Below, piece after piece: positions 28,870 to 36,672 of a stretch of DNA of 64,000 bases. The position numbers and the translations under genes are program-made. Each line of letters begins with the position of its first letter. Position 1 is the first letter of the stretch. Source of the DNA: a virus (Duplodnaviria > Caudoviricetes); IMG/VR virus record IMGVR_UViG_3300037075_000004, positions 20,146 through 84,145 of that record, one strand, 5' to 3'. The notes beneath the pieces were generated by a model that was not told where the DNA came from, did no database searches, and saw only the letters and a list, made by a program, of their open reading frames with translations.

Positions 28870-29828
28870 TGGATATTAAATATTATTCTTGCTCCAAATG
28901 GATCAATAGAGAATGGTAGTTCTCGGTAATTTTTCATTGCCTCCTTAAATCGGTATTGCTCTTGTGGGGGCACATATGACAATAGGAATCCACCACCACC
29001 AGCACCACATATCTTACATCCCGTAGCACCGCCCGTGTATGCAATATCAATTATCCGATCTATCTCACCATTACTTATTCCCGTTGCGAGGGTTTGTTTA
29101 AGCACCCAACTCGAATGAATAATTTCACCAACCTTATCATAATCCATGGCGAGTATCGCATCATGGGCGTCTCGGGCATAGTCGGCCAATTTCCCAAGAA
29201 TACTTATATTTTTGTTTGTATCCCTATCTTGCTCCTCTAATATTTTGTTCCCGTCCCTCGTGATACCAGTAAAGTGCAAAAACAAATTATCCGCTATATC
29301 ATAGTGTTTAGCGGGAATAGGCAACGACAACACGCCAGAACTATTAAAATAAATATTCATAAAGCCGCCTATCGCACAAGTATATTGATCCTGCCTTCCT
29401 ATTGGTTTATCCAAGGTATCTATCTCTATCATACAGGCATCTTCGGCAAGTTCCTTTGGTGTCACATAAATCCCTTGATAGGCGAACATGGCCTGCAAGA
29501 GACCTATCGTGATGGCTGATGACGAACCGAGTCCGGTGCCCGCGGATGGGATATCAGCAAGTGTCGAAATCTCGACTCCCTTTTTTATCTCGGCATACTC
29601 CATACACGCCCTGATAATCTCATGCTTTATTTCGCTAACATCACTAACAATCTCGTGTTGGGTATAGTTAAGAACAACCAGATCATCGTATCGTTCCCTG
29701 ATGATGACATAGACATATTTGTTGATGGCGAAGGATACCACATATCCGTCATACTCTCGTGAATAGGCATCAAAGTCCGAGCCTCCTCCGGCCAGACTTA
29801 TTCTTAAAGGAACTTTTATTACTATCAA
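28866..29828 (-). CDS. hddA: GHMP sugar kinase (HddA-like heptose 7-phosphate kinase)
   Basis: PLRISLAGGGSD, GTGLGSSS, GRQDQY...GGF, KICGAGGGGF. Confidence 0.85.
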   Translation of the reverse strand: MIVIKVPLRISLAGGGSDFDAYSREYDGYVVSFAINKYVYVIIRERYDDLVVLNYTQHEIVSDVSEIKHEIIRACMEYAEIKKGVEISTLADIPSAGTGLGSSSAITIGLLQAMFAYQGIYVTPKELAEDACMIEIDTLDKPIGRQDQYTCAIGGFMNIYFNSSGVLSLPIPAKHYDIADNLFLHFTGITRDGNKILEEQDRDTNKNISILGKLADYARDAHDAILAMDYDKVGEIIHSSWVLKQTLATGISNGEIDRIIDIAYTGGATGCKICGAGGGGFLLSYVPPQEQYRFKEAMKNYRELPFSIDPFGARIIFNIQ

Positions 29829-30736
29829 TATCTTGGATTTTTACGCCATTTATAGGCAGATGAAATAATGTCTGATAGGCTTTTGCGGGGTTGCCACCCA
29901 ATAAGTTGTCTGGCATAATATGCGTTAGACACAAGCCATTCCATATCTCCATCCCTCCGCGGTTCGTGTGTCCTCGGTACTGCCAACCCCGTCTGATGCT
30001 CCACCTCCCTTATAATATCTAATACCGAATAACCACGCCCCATGCCAAGTTCTATGGTATCATTACTTTTTTTATCAAATGGCAATACCGATATAATGGC
30101 ATCGGTTATATCTTCCACATGAATATAATCTCTTATTGCTGTACCGTCCCCGGTGTCATAATCCATCCCGTAGATAATTAATTTATCTTTCTTCCCCATC
30201 GCCACGTCCAATACGGTCGGGATGAGGTGTGTCTCGTGCTCCCGAGATTCGCCATGCTTCTCCGTGGCACCCGCAACGCAGTAGAATCGGAAGATATAGT
30301 ATTGGATGCCGTATGCCCGGGCAAAGTCCCTAATCATATCTTCACATGCTCTTTTTGAGTTACCGTAGGGCGTATTGCTATCTATTGCCGCTGTTGATGC
30401 GAAAATGATTTTTTTAACCCCGCCATCTACCATCGCAGTCAAGAGGTGAAATGTACTTACAACATTATTATCATAATACTCTTGCGGGTCTTTAATAGAC
30501 TCCGGCACATTGGCTGAGGCCGCAAGATGAATCACGGTGTCTATGTCATAAGATTCAAAGAGGAACCGTGCGTCATCAACAACACACTCCTCGAATATTG
30601 CCCGCTCGTCTACCGCTTCCGCATGGCCGTCTCTCAAATCATCTATTACAACAACTTGATGTCCGGCATCGCAGAGTTTTTCAACTGCCACGCTGCCTAT
30701 ATATCCCGCTCCTCCAGTAACCGCTATCATACGCAA
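29825..30736 (-). CDS. galE: UDP-glucose 4-epimerase
   Basis: TGGAGYIGS, HLAA...V.ES, YYDNN, STAA, YGNSK, ETHLIP, DGTAIRDYIHV, RRDGD. Confidence 0.88.
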   Translation of the reverse strand: MRMIAVTGGAGYIGSVAVEKLCDAGHQVVVIDDLRDGHAEAVDERAIFEECVVDDARFLFESYDIDTVIHLAASANVPESIKDPQEYYDNNVVSTFHLLTAMVDGGVKKIIFASTAAIDSNTPYGNSKRACEDMIRDFARAYGIQYYIFRFYCVAGATEKHGESREHETHLIPTVLDVAMGKKDKLIIYGMDYDTGDGTAIRDYIHVEDITDAIISVLPFDKKSNDTIELGMGRGYSVLDIIREVEHQTGLAVPRTHEPRRDGDMEWLVSNAYYARQLIGWQPRKSLSDIISSAYKWRKNPRY

Positions 30737-31314
30737 AATCTATTATAATTTGTTACTATTGTTGAAACATCCGATCTTCTACAGGTATCACTCTGAAAAT
30801 CTGCTTGCGTACACACCATCGGATAAGTGCAGAAACAATTAAATTTAGGTTGTACCTCGTTCATCAGGAAAACGTCCCATTTCCCAATCCGGTATTCATC
30901 ATCGGCAGTAAGACAATATTCTAATGCACCGTTTTCTCTGACATTCCAGATCATTGCGTGAGTTGTTAGTGCTTTAGTAATCTTAAATAGATGAGGGGAA
31001 TACTGCTCTTGCGGGGCTTGGGGACTGCACCCGAGATACAGGATATCCCAATCCGAGGGTAGTTCGGTCATCGCCTCCGTTGCCACCGAAATATCCGTAA
31101 GAAACTTTATATCATCTTCGAAGATAGCTGATACCTCTTGGTTGGCAAATATTTTTACGAGACAACTCAGATGTGAATCTCGGCATCCCATCCAACCGAT
31201 TTTATTGATCTTGGCGGGATAGAGATATGCGTTGAGGTTTTGATTTTCTAATTCCGTCATCGCATGTTTCCGCCTTTCGGGTCTGTCGGTTCTGTTAATG
31301 AGATAAATCTGCAT
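30727..31314 (-). CDS. GT25-family glycosyltransferase
   Basis: YLIN...RPERR, GCRDSH, IFEDD, WDILYLG, TTHA. Confidence 0.82.
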   Translation of the reverse strand: MQIYLINRTDRPERRKHAMTELENQNLNAYLYPAKINKIGWMGCRDSHLSCLVKIFANQEVSAIFEDDIKFLTDISVATEAMTELPSDWDILYLGCSPQAPQEQYSPHLFKITKALTTHAMIWNVRENGALEYCLTADDEYRIGKWDVFLMNEVQPKFNCFCTYPMVCTQADFQSDTCRRSDVSTIVTNYNRFCV

Positions 31315-31331
31315 TCTTGTTTTCTATTCAG

Positions 31332-31379
31332 CAAATGTAAGAAGTCTTTTTGACTTTTCCAAATAATTTTGTACTTTTG
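31332..31379. promoter_or_regulatory. divergent pair of Bacteroidota-type -7 promoter boxes
   Basis: TACATTTG on minus (31332-31339) facing the glycan operon; TACTTTTG on plus (31372-31379) facing groES. Confidence 0.65.
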
Positions 31380-31402
31380 TTTCAAATAAAAACAAGAAAC
31401 AG

Positions 31403-31690
31403 ATGATAGAAGAAGGATTTATCTTAGCCACAAAAGTTTTAGTCAAGCCCGAGGAAATTAAGGAGTCTAAAAGCTCTGGGGGGATTTTATTGCCCGGGAA
31501 CCGTAAGGCATCCCACATCTCAGGAACCGTCATCAAGACAGGCACGGGGACTGATGCAGTAAAAATGGAGGCATCCGTGGGGGATCAGATATTTTTCTAT
31601 GAACGGTCAGCCCAACCTCTTATACTGGATGGGGAAGACTATCTGTTACTCGATTGCCGAGAGATTCTTTTCCGGCTCCCCGCTGGTTAG
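31403..31690 (+). CDS. groES: co-chaperonin GroES
   Basis: KVLVKP...KSSGGILLP...GTVIKTG...VGDQIFF...DGEDYLLL...IL. Confidence 0.88.
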   Translation: MIEEGFILATKVLVKPEEIKESKSSGGILLPGNRKASHISGTVIKTGTGTDAVKMEASVGDQIFFYERSAQPLILDGEDYLLLDCREILFRLPAG

Positions 31691-31927
31691 TTGTATTATC
31701 TCAGATTCTCTTTTAAGAACTTCTTTAAGAAGAGACATAGCTAATTTGAATCTCTCTTGCAGGGCTTGGTTGGGGTGCGTCCCCGCCTTAAGCAGTTCTG
31801 AGTCTTCGTGACTGATGCCCGCCAAGTCACTATCCTGCATGATCTTATTAAACTCAGTATGCTTTTTTATCCATTCAAGCTCTTTGCGGAGTTCCCGTAC
31901 CTTCTTTCTTCTCTGCTGTCTGTTCAT
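31646..31927 (-). CDS. hypothetical protein
   Basis: 93 aa, MNRQQRRK start; convergent overlap with groES. Confidence 0.55.
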   Translation of the reverse strand: MNRQQRRKKVRELRKELEWIKKHTEFNKIMQDSDLAGISHEDSELLKAGTHPNQALQERFKLAMSLLKEVLKRESEIIQLTSGEPEKNLSAIE

Positions 31928-31937
31928 AGATGTCTAT

Positions 31938-32720
31938 TCATAACCCACACAATCCATCACATTCCTCTATCATTTCGGGAAATAGACTCGGTGATTGTGA
32001 AAAATCAATATCTCTTAGGGGTTTTAGATGTTTAGATAGATACGCCCTCCGCCGCAATCCGGGATAATCACGGATGATATCATCAAATCCACATGCCTCT
32101 TCAAACTCATCGGGAAATTGTTTCTTGAATACCCTCCAATAGTTATCTGAGTGAAATGGGCATATAAGACAGGCACTTTTACCGGGTTCCCTCATGCTGG
32201 TTGATTTAAACCAATGGACTATCTCATCAATAGTAATTTTATAATCAACAAGTGGATAATAGTTATCAATATATTTAACATTGCTCTCCTTCATTCGCTC
32301 TCTCTCATCGAGAGATATGCCGATCCAAAGCCTAACCCTCTTTCCTCTTCTTAGTTCTTGTAATTTTCTACGCAGGGGTGCAATTTTATAGTCTCCTGTA
32401 CATTGTCGTGGTGTAATACCCCCATCGCCTGCCAGCCGTAGCGGTAGCATTGCTACTCTATCCCTTTTGCCATTTATTTTATCTGCCACGTCCTGCATTA
32501 AATTGCCGATAGACACAATCTCGATATAAAAATTATATTTATTCCATACATAAGGGCGCAACCACTCAAGATACTCATAAACATATTTTGGTTCGCATCC
32601 CGTATCTGAAAATATCGCAAAATCGGGTTTATATTCAAATTTCCCATCAAGCGCATTTAGAAGCATAAAGCTACTTTGTTTCCCCGCACCGAGAGATATT
32701 ACATTAAGTATGTCACTCAT
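31938..32720 (-). CDS. PAPS-reductase-like (adenine nucleotide alpha hydrolase) protein
   Basis: SLGAGKQSS, FSDTGCE, RQCT..YKIAP, IGISLDE, YPL, KSACLICPF. Confidence 0.8.
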   Translation of the reverse strand: MSDILNVISLGAGKQSSFMLLNALDGKFEYKPDFAIFSDTGCEPKYVYEYLEWLRPYVWNKYNFYIEIVSIGNLMQDVADKINGKRDRVAMLPLRLAGDGGITPRQCTGDYKIAPLRRKLQELRRGKRVRLWIGISLDERERMKESNVKYIDNYYPLVDYKITIDEIVHWFKSTSMREPGKSACLICPFHSDNYWRVFKKQFPDEFEEACGFDDIIRDYPGLRRRAYLSKHLKPLRDIDFSQSPSLFPEMIEECDGLCGL

Positions 32721-33051
32721 CTTCTAACATATATGTTTTTTTAGGAGTGGTAATAGATACCCTTGTTTGGCCCATAGCAAGACGCAATCTATCCGCTAAT
32801 ATAATAGCCCTTGCAATAATTACCATTTTTGTCCGTGGGAAACGTGGGTAATTAATATAACCCACAATAACTCCCGGTTCGTTACCATCAACATAACAAA
32901 ACTCGGTTGGTGTTATGGTAACGCAGTCTTTGATTTCGTTTACCCATTCATTGCATACCTTACGAACATCGTCAATGGAATGAATTTGGTCGGTATAGCC
33001 GACCCGAAGCCCAACCCAAATCTGCACATTAAATGATTTTTCTGTTTTCAT
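32713..33051 (-). CDS. hypothetical protein
   Basis: 112 aa; promoter box at 33056-33063. Confidence 0.65.
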   Translation of the reverse strand: MKTEKSFNVQIWVGLRVGYTDQIHSIDDVRKVCNEWVNEIKDCVTITPTEFCYVDGNEPGVIVGYINYPRFPRTKMVIIARAIILADRLRLAMGQTRVSITTPKKTYMLEDE

Positions 33052-33408
33052 ACCTCAAAGATAAAACTTAGTTCTGACATTTCCAAAGAAAAAGGAGACT
33101 TTTTTAGGGTCTCCTCCTTTCTGCTTCTGTTCCTGTTTTTAAAACCGCTGTCTAGCCCGTCTTGTTTTTAGCGTTTATCTGTCGTTGACTTATCAAATCA
33201 CTTTTCCGTTCTTCAATGCTTTTCTTTCTTTCTTAGTAGTAAGTTTTTAGCTCTTGCAGGCTCTCATCACACTTTTCTATTTCCTTATCTATGTATTCTT
33301 TCTTTGGGCGGAGTTCGTGGGTCTCGGGATTGTAAGTATTGACAGAATAACTCCCATTTCTTAATGGCCATGTAAAACTGGCACCCAAATCTTCAAAAAA
33401 TATTTCCC

Positions 33409-33762
33409 TCATCGTCTTTTACGTTTTGGTTTGACAGTTTTAGGAGGAGCAATAGCCGTGCCGAGGTCATCATGTGCGTCAATCTGTCGTTTCTCTTGCC
33501 CGCTAGAGTCATTTTTGTCAGCAAAGAGTCCTATCTGTTCTGTCTTTTCGGCAGTCTTGTCAGTTACGGGCTTTGTCCACCCCAATCTCCCCTCAAACCA
33601 TATCCTATGTACGGTCTCTATCACATCCCAATCACTTTCCTGTATCTCTGTCCTGTTTTTTATGCAGTCTAAGACTACCATACACCGCTCTGTGAACTTT
33701 GGCAGGAACTCATCCGAAAAATAAAGCTCTCTCTCTCCCGTCATCCAATCAATTTTCAGCAA
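33409..33762 (-). CDS. hypothetical protein
   Basis: 117 aa; the true start is probably MTGERE at about 33744. Confidence 0.55.
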   Translation of the reverse strand: MLKIDWMTGERELYFSDEFLPKFTERCMVVLDCIKNRTEIQESDWDVIETVHRIWFEGRLGWTKPVTDKTAEKTEQIGLFADKNDSSGQEKRQIDAHDDLGTAIAPPKTVKPKRKRR

Positions 33763-33887
33763 AGATAATATGAGAAAACGAGAAATGCAAATTTTTTAGT
33801 GATTATTTTTACTCTAGGCGATTTTTTCTGAACTTTTGTTTGGAAATGTCGAATCTTTCCCTTACTTTTGCATTCAAATCAGAAAAT

Positions 33888-34166
33888 ATGAGTAAGAAAG
33901 AATCGCCCAAGGGCACAATCTTCCGGTACCGTTCATACCTGGAAGTACTAGCAGATAGAATATTCGATACAAGACCAACAAGAAGAGAGATTTATAATAC
34001 TCTCTTTGGCGTGTTTCAGAAGGGAGCCACCGAAGGATGGCAACTCCGCCTAGAGCAATCGGTAAAATTTAAGGCAAAACGGGAAGAACACCGGGTACGA
34101 TCATTCAACATGGTTAAAGATCACATAGACAGTTTGATACATGAACCAATCCCACCGCAGGCATGA
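33888..34166 (+). CDS. hypothetical protein
   Basis: MSKKESPKG start lies downstream of the TACTTTTG box at 33863-33870. Confidence 0.55.
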   Translation: MSKKESPKGTIFRYRSYLEVLADRIFDTRPTRREIYNTLFGVFQKGATEGWQLRLEQSVKFKAKREEHRVRSFNMVKDHIDSLIHEPIPPQA

Positions 34167-35119
34167 TAAGTAGAGAAAAACTCGAAAAGATAGTAGCGGT
34201 ATACTTATCAGAAGGTAAGGAATCAGCACTTAAGCAATTTAACCTGACAGACGAAACCTTTAATCGCCACATGCGTGAGGCACGGAAGATTGGCATATCA
34301 ACCACCGATAGGGGCAAGATAATATCACAGATAGTACAGAATTACACCGATAGGGAACTCGAAGCGATAGCCAAGGGCGGAAGAATAGTCCCTGGGTATG
34401 GTAAGGTACCAGTAGTATCTTTTGAGGGCGAGAGAATACGGGTGGGTGCAATGACGGATACCCATATCGGCAGTATCCAGATGCCCCCCGAAAGAATGAA
34501 CCAAGCCTTTGATGAGTTTAAGAAAGCCAAAGTAGATTTTGTCGTCCATGCGGGCGATGTGACGGAAGGCATGAGCAATCGACCCGGGCATATCTACGAA
34601 CTAAGTGCTCTCGGTTACGACCAACAGAAGGCGCTCGCCATAGATATGTTTAAGCAATGGACAGATACTGATATCTACGCTATAGACGGCAACCATGACA
34701 GATGGTTTCTGAAGTCCAATGGAGCCAAGATAGTCAAGGATGTAGATGAGGCGATACCTAATTTCCACTTTATCGGACATGACGAAGGCAGTATATCTCT
34801 TAACGGCAAGGCTACCTTATGGCTCTGGCATGGCGAAGATGGCAACTCATACGCATTATCCTATAGGTTACAGAAGATTCTCGAGTCCCTGACGGGCGGG
34901 GAGAAACCCAATGCCATGATAGCGGGTCACACCCACAAGTATGTGGATATATTTGAACGCCATGTATTCTGTACCAGCGTTGGCTGTATGCAGTCACAGA
35001 CTCCATGGATGAGGTCTAAGCGCATAGCTGCTCATCCGGGCTTCGCAATCATAGATTATTGGGTGAATGATAAGGGTATCTGTAAGATGACGCATACCTG
35101 GCACCCGTTCTATTCATAA
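34163..35119 (+). CDS. calcineurin-like metallophosphoesterase
   Basis: DTHIG, HAGD, GNHD, WHGEDG, GHTH motifs; N-terminal HTH-like segment. Confidence 0.88.
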   Translation: MISREKLEKIVAVYLSEGKESALKQFNLTDETFNRHMREARKIGISTTDRGKIISQIVQNYTDRELEAIAKGGRIVPGYGKVPVVSFEGERIRVGAMTDTHIGSIQMPPERMNQAFDEFKKAKVDFVVHAGDVTEGMSNRPGHIYELSALGYDQQKALAIDMFKQWTDTDIYAIDGNHDRWFLKSNGAKIVKDVDEAIPNFHFIGHDEGSISLNGKATLWLWHGEDGNSYALSYRLQKILESLTGGEKPNAMIAGHTHKYVDIFERHVFCTSVGCMQSQTPWMRSKRIAAHPGFAIIDYWVNDKGICKMTHTWHPFYS

Positions 35120-35124
35120 TAAAG

Positions 35125-35143
35125 AAGGCGCCTAGAGCGCCTT
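35125..35143. terminator. hairpin between convergent genes
   Basis: AAGGCGC-CTAGA-GCGCCTT, A-rich on the left and T-rich on the right. Confidence 0.6.
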
Positions 35144-35421
35144 TAGTTTTCCCCGCTAACGAGAAGATCATCCGCTATCTCGTCTCCAAACATGATATCT
35201 TTAAACTCGTTATAGTTCATTGTTATCCTAAAGACATCTCCTGATACCAATCTTATCATTGTCTCGTCTGATTTAGTATAGGGATGGAAGGCTACTACAT
35301 GATTAGTATTTATAACTAACTCTTCGAGGGTGAGTTCTACTTTCTTTCCGCGGATTTTCCAATCCTCATCTTCGGGATCATAACCTTCGGGATACCAGTA
35401 TGCTTGTAGTTCGAGGAGCAT
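35143..35421 (-). CDS. hypothetical protein
   Basis: 92-aa acidic ORF. Confidence 0.6.
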   Translation of the reverse strand: MLLELQAYWYPEGYDPEDEDWKIRGKKVELTLEELVINTNHVVAFHPYTKSDETMIRLVSGDVFRITMNYNEFKDIMFGDEIADDLLVSGEN

Positions 35422-35438
35422 ATAGACAGTAACTTTTG

Positions 35439-35512
35439 TCGCGGCAGCGGGAGTCGAACCCGCTATCCCCAGATTAGTGTCTGAGATGATTAATCCGTTT
35501 CACTCTGCCACG
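35439..35512 (-). tRNA. atypical tRNA-like gene (non-7-nt anticodon loop; identity undetermined)
   Basis: Acceptor CGTGGCA/TGCCGCG+A, D arm GTGA/TCAT, anticodon arm CTCAG/CTGGG around ACACTAAT, T arm GCGGG-TTCGACT-CCCGC. Confidence 0.65.
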
Positions 35513-36102
35513 GTTGTTTTGGGGGTGATATCTTTTTACACATTACATTGAAGTTGTCAATTATTCAAGTAAGAGGTAACCAGGTCTCATGGTGCGCTAT
35601 ACTCTTATCACTGAGTGGACGCTCACAGTAGACGCCTGCCTGTCCTTTAGCATCCCCAATATCATCATTTAAAGAACTCTCAAAACCCGGCAAGGTGACT
35701 ATTGAAACTAATCCCAACTAAAGAACCTTTAACGAAATTACCCTGATTCACACTTGCCGGGCAAAACCTATAACTATGAAAACGAATGTAAAGGTAATAC
35801 ATATTTTTTACTTTTGCAAGTTTTAATGCCAAAATTTAAGTAAACATTAAAAATACCTTAATTTAAGTACTGTGAGTACCTATAATAGAAAATATTTAAT
35901 GAAATCTATTAGGAAATATGGAATATGTTTTTTACTTTTGCAGGTATTGATAAAAAATTGCTATCTTTGTATCAAGTAGTGATTAACGTATGAGACAATT
36001 AAAAACATAAGTTAACAAAATAGAGGCTCCCCTGGCGGATTCTCGTTCATACGATAATCGCTACAGCGCCAGGGAGGTGCCTCGCTTTAACACTGTAGCG
36101 TT

Positions 36103-36414
36103 ATGGCTAAAGACCCAGCATTCTTATTTTACCCGGGGGATTGGAACCTTGGAACAATGCACATGACTCTTATACAAAAGGGGGCATACATTGATTTGTT
36201 AATGCTTCAATTTGCGAGAGATAAATTTACTATAGCACATGCTCAGCATATGCTTAGTGGTAGCTTTGAGTTAGTATGGCCAATTTTGAAAGAAAAGTTT
36301 GAAACCGATGGTACTTTTTATTGGAATAAGAGGCTCAAAGAAGAGAAAGAAAAGCGGTCAAGGTTCACAGAATCAAGAAGAAACAATGCTCTCAAAGACA
36401 AAAAGAATATATGA
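36103..36414 (+). CDS. YdaU/DUF1376-like phage replication initiator, N-terminal domain (possibly truncated)
   Basis: MAKDPAFLFYPGDW...KGAYIDLL...NKRLKEE.EKR..F.ESRRNN; the expected HMENENE linker is found in another frame. Confidence 0.7.
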   Translation: MAKDPAFLFYPGDWNLGTMHMTLIQKGAYIDLLMLQFARDKFTIAHAQHMLSGSFELVWPILKEKFETDGTFYWNKRLKEEKEKRSRFTESRRNNALKDKKNI

Positions 36415-36445
36415 GCATATGTTATAGCATATGCATGGGCATATG
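36414..36445 (+). repeat. three RGCATATG repeats with 12-bp period (iteron-like)
   Basis: AGCATATG at 36414 and 36426, GGCATATG at 36438; a further AGCATATG at 36245. Confidence 0.6.
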
Positions 36446-36483
36446 GAAAATGAAAATGAAGATTATAAGGGGGTGAAATTATT

Positions 36484-36672
36484 ATGGATAATCTGAACGA
36501 AGACTTTGAGGAGGAATCCCGGCTAAGGGAACAAGAATTACTATCTTCTCCTATCAAATCTCTTAATTTTAAAGATATTTATAGAGTATTCTTAGAAACA
36601 GTTGAATATGGTAAGAAGGAAGACTTTGGGTGGCTTCAAAAATTAAAAGAATATGTCAAAAATGAACAATAA
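36484..36672 (+). CDS. hypothetical protein
   Basis: 62-aa acidic ORF. Confidence 0.5.
   Translation: MDNLNEDFEEESRLREQELLSSPIKSLNFKDIYRVFLETVEYGKKEDFGWLQKLKEYVKNEQ

Noticed and set aside
12848-31314. Bacterial chromosome O-antigen/capsule locus
   Set aside because: No flippase, polymerase or export genes; it is interleaved with phage-type small ORFs and endonucleases, and shares the decamer and promoter style of the flanking phage genes.
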